A stretch of DNA of 64,000 bases, taken from NCBI GenBank assembly GCA_963765495.1, contig CAVXWP010000008.1, forward strand, positions 879,534 to 943,533, in the 5' to 3' direction. The position numbers and the translations under genes were made by a program. The notes below the pieces were generated by a model. That model had not been told where the DNA came from. It worked only from the letters and a program-made list of their open reading frames with translations, and ran no database searches. Source of the DNA: Blastocatellia bacterium. GTDB taxonomy: Bacteria > Acidobacteriota > Blastocatellia > UBA7656. This document shows, piece after piece, positions 56,690-64,000 of the stretch. Within the stretch, counting starts at the first letter, position 1, and every line of letters begins with the position of its first letter.

Positions 56690-56720
56690 AATGCGCGTCC
56701 GTTGGAATGAGCAGTTAGGC
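56690..56720 (-). repeat. Truncated attC (R''/L'' half)
   Basis: 30/31 identical to the corresponding end of the 85-bp attC copies. Confidence 0.75.
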
Positions 56721-56935
56721 CGCTCCCTGCTCAATTTACATATCTTACAAAACTCTGTTGAGATAACTGATTGATGGGCATCGAAAGCGCCATGCTTGAT
56801 GTCAGTCATTGGTGTTCCTACTTCTGGTAGATGATCTTTAGTAATTCCAAGCTACCATACAGGAGCGTCTTTCAATATAGCGTTTTGTCCCTTCATTTGT
56901 AACAGACTATGATCCCTTACATGAGATGATACGTA

Positions 56936-57808
56936 TCAGTAGCGAATCGAATACACATGACAGTTCGGTAATGCATTCTTTAACTTACCCTCAATCTCAT
57001 CTTGGTTATCCTTCTCAGCACCCCAACCGACCATAATACTGTTTAGCTTGGGCAAGCCTTGAAGATGAACCAACCCAGTGGAACTGATTTGTTTAGGACC
57101 AAGTCTAAGGGATTGGATTTCAGGCAATGCCTGTAGATGTGCTAAGCCAGCATCAGTTACACCTGTTCCATCCACACCTAGTTCACGGAGATTAGTTAAT
57201 CGCCGAATATACACTAGCCCTGCATCTGTGACTTTGGCACCTCGGAGTGATAGGCACTCTAAGTTCGTTAATTCCGATATGGATTCCATCCCGGCATCAG
57301 TTACTTTTGTACCCATCAGATTCAATTCCTTTAAGCCGGTCAATCGTTGAATATTCGCCAATGCAGCGTCACCTATCATAGTACAAGTCAAATCCAATTC
57401 TTTTAGCCCGCTCAACCCTTTAATGTAGCTCATGCCAGCCTCGACGACAGGAGTTACGAGCATTGGCAGTTGCAGTCCCTGCAAATCATCTGGGTTGAGT
57501 ACCGCGAGAAATGAGAGATCGGATGATATTGGATCGAAATCAGCCTCAACCGAAAGCTTCACCTCTTTGCCGGGAGGCACGATAATTCTTCCGCTAGCCT
57601 GTTTAAACTCTTCCCAGAAAGAGTTATCACTTGGGTCTTTGATAAACAGCATTCCTACCGCCCTATTTGCTGGAAAGGAAACGCTGCGGGACTGCATTGA
57701 AAGAGCGAACTCCAAGCCCCTCTTTACCAAGCTAGATGGTTTCTCTTGAAGCTTAGTATTAGTAGGAATGAGAGAATGGGCTTTATCAGTGTTGGCATCA
57801 TCGTTCAT
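56936..57808 (-). CDS. Leucine-rich repeat protein
   Basis: 24-aa repeats LTxLKELxLxGTKVTDAGLxxI. Confidence 0.9.
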   Translation of the reverse strand: MNDDANTDKAHSLIPTNTKLQEKPSSLVKRGLEFALSMQSRSVSFPANRAVGMLFIKDPSDNSFWEEFKQASGRIIVPPGKEVKLSVEADFDPISSDLSFLAVLNPDDLQGLQLPMLVTPVVEAGMSYIKGLSGLKELDLTCTMIGDAALANIQRLTGLKELNLMGTKVTDAGMESISELTNLECLSLRGAKVTDAGLVYIRRLTNLRELGVDGTGVTDAGLAHLQALPEIQSLRLGPKQISSTGLVHLQGLPKLNSIMVGWGAEKDNQDEIEGKLKNALPNCHVYSIRY

Positions 57809-58587
57809 ATACGTTCCTTCCTTTGGATACTAGCCAATTGGCTGCGAGCCTCTGCAATTTGTCTATCTATCTGCGCAATCAATTCTCCTAGTAGATTTCG
57901 TCCCTTGGTTTCTGCATCTTCCACTTTAGCCTTCATTTGGTAAAGATCGGATGCAATTAAAAGAGTATGTTCCACCTCAATCAGTTGCAAACGATCTTCG
58001 ACTATGGCTATCCGACGTATGGCACGTATCAAGTCGGCTCCAATGCCCTGTCCTTTAAAAGACTCAGGACTAATCGGCCATTCTTTGAGAATCTTCTCTA
58101 ACATAGGTTCATTGGCTTCTTTATATGCCCGATTTGCCTCTGCCATAATCTTATGGCGCCGAACGCGTTCCTGTTCATCAGTAGCATAGTCAGGATGAAT
58201 AAGTTTGGCGACCTGATAAAAGAGTTTCTTCAACTTCTCTGAAGGCTTGAAGCAGAATTGGTCATCCAATTGTTCGCTTGCCTTGACGATGCAAGAGGTG
58301 TCTTGTGCTTGGTTTCGCAACTGTTTGGCCTTTTGTTTAGCCAGTTGATCATCTGGGTCCAAACTCGCCTGTGCTTCCGCACATTGCGCTTCAATCTCAT
58401 CAAGTTCTGCATAGCGAGTTCCTACTGTGCAGACATAGTGCGCTTCAAATGCACGTAATTCAAACTGAAGGGTCGCCAATTCTAGTTCCCGCTCTGCGAG
58501 TAGCTCTTCTAAAGCAGCCAGTTCGAGACGCTTCTTGTTTAACTCACGTTCTTCTGGTGTTTCTTGATTAATGATATTCGTCCTCAT
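57805..58587 (-). CDS. Coiled-coil protein with internal J-domain (HPD)
   Basis: LKKLFYQVAKLIHPDY..RHKIMAEANRAY flanked by coiled coils; ATGA overlap with the LRR gene. Confidence 0.88.
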   Translation of the reverse strand: MRTNIINQETPEERELNKKRLELAALEELLAERELELATLQFELRAFEAHYVCTVGTRYAELDEIEAQCAEAQASLDPDDQLAKQKAKQLRNQAQDTSCIVKASEQLDDQFCFKPSEKLKKLFYQVAKLIHPDYATDEQERVRRHKIMAEANRAYKEANEPMLEKILKEWPISPESFKGQGIGADLIRAIRRIAIVEDRLQLIEVEHTLLIASDLYQMKAKVEDAETKGRNLLGELIAQIDRQIAEARSQLASIQRKERI

Positions 58588-58656
58588 TCTAATAGCGGTT
58601 CAATAATACTCTATTTTGCAATCGGAGGCCCCACCTTTTTTGTCTTGCACGAAAGG

Positions 58657-58741
58657 GTCTAACGACGAGTTCAGCGGCGCGCCGGTAGCAACGGGATAAT
58701 GATAAGGTGGAATGCGCGTCCGCTGGAATGAGCAGTTAGGC
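58657..58741 (-). repeat. attC recombination site (85 bp)
   Basis: Minus: GCCTAAC-tgctc-ATTCCAGCGGACGCGC...GCGCGCCGCTGAACT-cgtc-GTTAGAC (RYYYAAC...GTTRRRY, imperfect palindrome). Confidence 0.88.
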
Positions 58742-58771
58742 TTGACTCTCGATGGCTGATATTATTCTTTT

Positions 58772-59411
58772 TCATATTCTAATCCATCCGTGTTTACGGA
58801 TCATTGCACCAAAGCTTGCCTGCAATCCCGCGTAATCTGCTCGTGATGTATCATTCAACTCAGAATGGTATGTGGTGATCGCGTTGTTAAACATATTTCG
58901 AAGAATTTTAACATCTATCACATAGACATCACTACCATCGCTTTGAAGTAGCGAGCTAGCCCCTTGTGTAAGGACGAACTTAAAAACCCTCCTCACGTTG
59001 CCACGCCGATCTCTTGTTTCTGAGTAGAGACCAAATGAGTGAAGCAGTGAGTTTCTGAGTTGGTAGAGTATTTCTGCGTCATTAGCCGAAGCACCAAAGT
59101 ATCTGTTTAGAAAATTGATGAATCTACCGCCAACCCCGTCAAGCTCTGATCCTCCAGATGTATCCTTCCCCGCCAAAAATTTTCCTAGCAGATCAATTCC
59201 TGCCAAAATGCCCAATTACACCAGGCCAAAGTGCTTTACAGGATGCTGATTCACCTGTTACCGAATCAACGCAGTTGACTAAATTACCGTTGTTTGGGTT
59301 GATACCAAAACAAGTATTGATATCTCGCCTCAATAAATACAACTGACTGTAAATGTCTCGACCGCTAGGTGCGTTTGTAGGCTCGCGGAAGAATCGTTCA
59401 ATGTCACTCAT
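58772..59411 (-). CDS. HEPN-motif protein, frameshifted at ~59215
   Basis: ORFs 59193..59411 and 58772..59215 join (WPGVMGILAGIDLLGK) if one T is removed; RNSLLH matches Rx4H; SD AAGGAG. Confidence 0.7.
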
Positions 59412-59597
59412 TTTCTTACTCCTTTCGAAGCTAAATTGTTCTGCGCGTATCTCGTAAACCTAACAGGCAAATGGACCTTCGTGAGTGCAAGGATTCTACG
59501 TAAAATAGTCGAGATAAGCCAATGAGTTTGGTCAACCTGACTGAAGGTATTAATTTCCTTTGGTTTCCAAACCCGTGTTTTGGTTGTAAACGCGAGA

Positions 59598-59682
59598 GCC
59601 TAACGCCGAGTTCAGCGGCGCGCCGGTAGCAACGGGATAATGATAAGGTGGAATGCGCGTCCGCTGGAATGAGCAGTTAGGC
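59598..59682 (-). repeat. attC recombination site (85 bp)
   Basis: 83/85 identical to 58657..58741; ends GTTAGGC. Confidence 0.88.
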
Positions 59683-59712
59683 CTGACGTGAGCTTTCATA
59701 CAAGCCAATCTT

Positions 59713-60566
59713 TTACCAACTTCTAAATGGAATATCAGATAGTCCTACTCTGACACCATCAAGCCCTTGTCTACTGATTAACATTGAAACTGAATTCAAG
59801 GCTAATTCCCTGTGAGGTGTCGGCCCAACGATCACTTCAAACAGAGGAAAGCCTTTCCCTTCCTTCTCTAATTGGATTACGATATAGGGGGTCAGCATTG
59901 AGAGTCCTTCACGAAAGGTTATTTTAGGATTAGTGTTGGCGATTAATAGCGATATCATTCTCCACTCCCGCTCTTCACAAAACTTCGGGTGTTTGATTAA
60001 GGCGGCCTGAAAGACAAAGCGGGAGAAGAAGTCCTCGCAAGCTCTGTTAATCTTTTCTGGGATATTATCATGCCCTCAGCTAGAAAATCCTGGAAGGACT
60101 CGATAGTGGTAGCTATTAACTCACTTACAATCTCTTTTTGAGTTTCTACCTCATAAACGCATGGTGCCATTGTAAATCCTTGCTCCACCATTAATGGAAG
60201 TAATCTGTTAAAGTCGAATCCTAATGAGAAGCCATTCCCATGTGGACAGTAGCCACGCCATTGGCTAAGCAAGTCAGCATTTTCGGAAAACGAACTTACA
60301 AAAACATTCTCTTTGTTATACATAAAAAGTCGCTTTGTTAGCTCATTGAGCATTTGCTGTGTATAAATGCCTGTGCTGACGATGTACTGAATTTCATTGC
60401 GAGCTATCTCGATAGCATACGAGAATTCTAAGGAATCATTTAGGTATTCAATATTGGTGGCCCATATATATCGATTATTGACTATTCCAAGTAGGCCAGA
60501 TTGTGATGTGTAATGATATATTGGTTTGTCAGGTGTCCTGCTCATTAGTTTATCCATAATTCCCAT
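59713..60566 (-). CDS. DUF2971 family protein, frameshifted at ~60073
   Basis: IYHYTS..GLLGI, YLNDSLE, VSSFSE..DLLSQWRGY; after a -1 shift, IKHPKFCEEREWR..VIVGP. Confidence 0.85.
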
Positions 60567-61010
60567 AGCAACTCCCTCACATTAGTAGCGTCTAAGGCGC
60601 TGTAGAATTTTAGCTCGAATGTCTCCGGGTCAACCAGAGCGATTTCTTATAAGGCTCAAACTTAAAAGGTAACGAGGTTACAGTATTACTGGGCCTAACT
60701 GCTAGGTAGCTGTACTAAAATAATCAGGTTAAGCCTTAATTAGGATGTCCAGATGATGTGAATGAAATAAAAGCCCTTACATCCACATCCATTAGTACAT
60801 ATATTCACCAAAGAGAGCAGGTTCTTTCTATATGAGATAACAAATTATCCACCCTATCGATCTACATAGTAAATTTATGCCCCCAATATCGTTGATGTAA
60901 GAAGTCAGCGGGCCGATCAGTATTCTGATCTTCCCCATTGCTGATACGCTTCTTCTCGCCTAAAATCACGATAGGGATTGAAAACTAGACTTATAGCTAA
61001 TGAGTAGGAT

Positions 61011-61565
61011 ATGGGAAGTCTCACAAAAGAAATTCAGAAGGCGAGAATTGATTGCTTTCTATTCTTCTTCATCGTCCAGTTCGGTTGGGGCAAGACGGTT
61101 GTTCTGCCGAGTGGGGCTAAAGTCGCCGTAGATGCTCCCGCATCCGGTATGCGGAGGCTCGGTTATCCAAATAGATACCGCCTCTGGACAGCTTCTAAAC
61201 GGGTACGCGAAACTTGCCCGATGGAGGCAGCCCAATACAAACAATCCTGGAAGGAATGGCAGGAGGCTCGCAGGCGCTATCTGGCTACAGATAACGAATC
61301 TTCATGGCAGTGGTATGTATGTGGGAAGGGTAATAGTAACTCTGTCTCTTATCGCACCAAAGTTGATCTCTGCCACAATGGAGGCGAGCAACACTTTAGA
61401 ACTCGCAGAGGGTTCAAATACATGGCTAATGAACTCTTGCCGAGACAAGAAGAGCGGCAGCGAGCATTGCGGGAGATGCGGTCTACGGCAGTCCTGATGC
61501 AAGGGTTGAGAGAGCGTATTTTTGATCTGATGGGTGTGCCGGAAGAGTATCGCTCGCTGGCTTGA
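61011..61565 (+). CDS. Hypothetical protein
   Basis: 184-aa ORF, no recognised motif. Confidence 0.45.
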   Translation: MGSLTKEIQKARIDCFLFFFIVQFGWGKTVVLPSGAKVAVDAPASGMRRLGYPNRYRLWTASKRVRETCPMEAAQYKQSWKEWQEARRRYLATDNESSWQWYVCGKGNSNSVSYRTKVDLCHNGGEQHFRTRRGFKYMANELLPRQEERQRALREMRSTAVLMQGLRERIFDLMGVPEEYRSLA

Positions 61566-61776
61566 TGTCTCGTAGCCTTCCTTCGATAGAGCTTTGTTCA
61601 ATCCGTGTAACATGCCGATAAAACCTTAAAATAGAAGAAATAATGGCTGTATAATAGCCCTTAAACCACTTTTTGCAGAAAATGTTGCTCTATTCTGAAT
61701 CGCTTTGGTTCGTTTGTCCCTGCTGAGTGAAATTTGGAGGGTACAGGTAGAATAAAGATAGAAGCATGTTTGTACG

Positions 61777-62345
61777 ATGGAGGAGCCTATGGAGCAATTT
61801 GGCCAGAGCAATGAAGAAGGCTTGATCCTGAGAGAGAATGCAACCTTAATCGAGCAGCGAGGGCATGCAATGATGCTTTCTAGGCTTGCAGGTGATAGCA
61901 ATGAGCGGATCGCCCTTCGTTATGGAGTCTCGCCCGATGCTGTGAATGACCTTATCAGAGCCGCGATAGAGGATTGTCTTGCCACAAGGCAGCATATAGG
62001 GATTCAGACCGGGTTAGTGATGAAGCTATTAATAGGGACTCTGATCTGGCAGAGTTATACAAAGCCCTTCCCAATTTTGGAGAGAGAGAATTTCAACGGC
62101 TGACTTATGCGGGAGAAATCAAAACTCTCAGAGAAGGTGTTTGCAATATACCGGAAAAGAGAAAGCTCATCGCTGAACGTCGCCTGCATTCACTTGCATT
62201 GCTGACATTGATCGCCACTGATACGGGGGAGTTGTCAGATGCGGAAAGACAGGATCACATCAACGAAATCCTGGCGACTTTGGCTAGCGTGGCACGAGAG
62301 ATTTTCTGTGAAGCCCCTAAACAGCTATCAACTGAGTCGAGATAG
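61777..62345 (+). CDS. Hypothetical protein with N-terminal HTH-like motif, possibly frameshifted near 62000
   Basis: GDSNERIALRYGVSPDAV; overlapping ORFs 61777..62103 and 61974..62345. Confidence 0.45.
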
Positions 62346-62407
62346 GATACTCTGAGACCAAATGCATAGGGCCATTGAAGCAGAAATACTGACAAAAGAC
62401 GCGCAAT

Positions 62408-62791
62408 TCAAGCGGCTTCTGCCTTTGACATTGCCAGTTCGATGGCCAGATTCTCAGCCCGCTCGCAGTTTTGACAAAGGAATTTACTGATATGAATCGG
62501 ATCGCCACAACTCAGGCATTCATCTGGTCCCGGCTCGACAGCTTCTCTGGCCACAAGAAGAGGAATTTGCCCTTCATTTGGTATCTGCGGAAGCATTGCC
62601 TGAACCCGCCAAGCTATTTCTGAATTGTGTGTCTTGAGGAATGCAATTATTTCGGCTTTACTTTGAATTAGAGTGTCACGTAATTCTGATGTCAATACAC
62701 CCTTTGGCGCAGATACCTTTAGGTTGTAGCCATTGACGTGAAGTTGTACGCCACACTCGCGCAAGTGAACAAGAAGATCGGTAGTCCTCAT
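62408..62791 (-). CDS. TubC N-terminal docking-domain-like protein with C-terminal CxxC pairs
   Basis: LRECGVQLHVNGYNLKVSAPKGVLTSELRDTL..KAEII; CLSC..CQNC. Confidence 0.7.
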   Translation of the reverse strand: MRTTDLLVHLRECGVQLHVNGYNLKVSAPKGVLTSELRDTLIQSKAEIIAFLKTHNSEIAWRVQAMLPQIPNEGQIPLLVAREAVEPGPDECLSCGDPIHISKFLCQNCERAENLAIELAMSKAEAA

Positions 62792-62858
62792 AGGTCAATC
62801 ACTTCCAATTCATCGGACTCAGGTATTGGCTCAATCAGGAAGGTCTCCTTTTGGTCTC

Positions 62859-62969
62859 GAAGATTATCATGTACAGGAAGATGATCATCTTCGACTAACC
62901 TTCTGTCGCTAAACCCTTTATCGGAAATATTTGGCCGAAGATGATCATCTTTTTTTCATGATACTCTTC
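62859..62969. repeat. Iteron-like GAAGATGATCAT repeats/palindromes
   Basis: gaagattatcat 62859; gaagatgatcatcttc 62877; gaagatgatcatctt 62937; inverted gaagagtatcat 62958. Confidence 0.7.
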
Positions 62970-64000
62970 GGGGTTATTCTGGAAAGCCTTTGGTAGGTTC
63001 CAAAACCATCCTTGTCCCTGTGTACCGGGCTGCCCACGTTTAACTGGTTTGATCTTTAATGCCTTCTTCGCTCTGTTTAATGTAGCATCTGAGATGCCAG
63101 CCTCGTGTGCTTCTTTTCGAATTTCTTTCTCTGGACGTTCGCCGTCAGCCAAAACTTCTCGAAGAAAATCCTGAGCATCGAGCAAGGCTGTGCGTTTCTC
63201 TTCGCTGGTTCTTGCAGCGAATATCTGTTCAGACGTTAGGCTGCTTATTCCTGTCCAATAGAAAACTCCCCCGCGTATCTCGTAGCCAATAGACTCACCC
63301 ATCTCTGCTAGATTACTCTTAATATGAACGATTGCACGCTTATCTGGATCATTGGGATCGCAGCCAGCCAATAACACAGACCGGCAGGCTGCCGTAAGGT
63401 CTATCGAGCCTATTCCGCGATAAATTGCGCGGTCCTTTCCAGCTTTTGTAAGATGCCGGATGCCAACAATCGCACAGCAATATTTCTCGGCTAATCGAGC
63501 AAGTTTTTTCATTACGGCTCGTGTCTCGTTTGCCCGATACAGATCAACACCCGCGCCAAGATATGCAACCAAAGGATCAATAACAACGAGAACAGGCTCA
63601 TGCTCAAGGATTGCAGCCTCGACCTGTAGCAGCCCTGCCTCATCGAAAGCGATTGCTCCATCTAGGGCAAAGATGCGCGAAACGTCAGCGTGCATGGAAT
63701 CTAGGCGTGGGCGAATAGTATCAGCCAGCCATCTTCGGCACTCAGTAAGAGTACGTTTCGCGGAGCAGTGGGATCACTGTCCGGTAGCCCTCGTCCGGCA
63801 GCAACGCCAGCAGCAATTGCAAAGGCGAGATAAGATTTCCCCGACCAGGATCGCCTTCAAGCAGTGTGAGCTTGCCCAGAGGTATGCGTGGAAACCAGAG
63901 CCATTTAACCTCCTCGGCCTGCACATCTCCCAAGCATATCACTCTGACAGGCAGATCATCTGAATTGCCACTAGACGCTTGTGAGGTTAGGCTTGGCTGA
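62895..64000 (-). CDS. RepA-like AAA_25 helicase/primase-associated ATPase, two frameshifts; 5' end likely beyond the window
   Basis: WLWFPRIPLGKLTLLEGDPG(x)GKS, VLLLSAEDG(L)ADTIRPRL, VVIDPL, RHLTK, GSIDLTAACR, KSNL. Confidence 0.85.

Larger units (their letters stand above)
54182..64000. mobile_element. tRNA-Cys-integrated element (IME/satellite-like), continues beyond the window
   Basis: att half-tRNA, abrupt shift to AT-richer composition, ArdC, xis-like HTH, RepA/AAA helicase, cassette array; integrase not in the window. Confidence 0.85.

Noticed and set aside
56512-56720. Full-length third attC ending at GTTAGCA (56512-56518)
   Set aside because: About 209 bp is too long for an attC and there is no complementary L' arm; treated as a truncated site
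56690-59682. 85-bp repeats as a CRISPR array
   Set aside because: The repeats are too long and are separated by whole genes (0.9-1.9 kb), with no cas genes; attC architecture fits better

Overview
Chromosomal window that looks like an Acidobacteriota (Blastocatellia-like) genome, judged from the ADOP-type ABC permease, three Oar-like TonB-dependent receptors and futalosine-pathway mqnC. Bases 1-54.2 kb are mostly housekeeping and metabolic genes: tRNA-Leu, tadA-tRNA-Ser-tRNA-Ser-ffs-dnaX-ybaB-recR, pfkA, rpsA, GH42, and a LytS/LytTR pair. They are interspersed with about a dozen intergenic palindromes built from 7- or 9-bp tandem units. At 54182 a 3' half of tRNA-Cys (att site) opens a visibly AT-richer integrated element that runs off the right edge. 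It carries ArdC, an HNH protein, a divergent-promoter switch with an excisionase-like HTH gene, and a RepA/AAA helicase with iteron-like palindromes. Most notably it carries an unannotated integron-type attC cassette array (two near-identical 85-bp attC sites plus a half site). The cassettes encode a DUF2971 protein, a HEPN-motif protein and a coupled J-domain + LRR gene pair, all candidate defence genes. Several single-base frameshifts in short homopolymers suggest long-read errors or decay, concentrated in the island.
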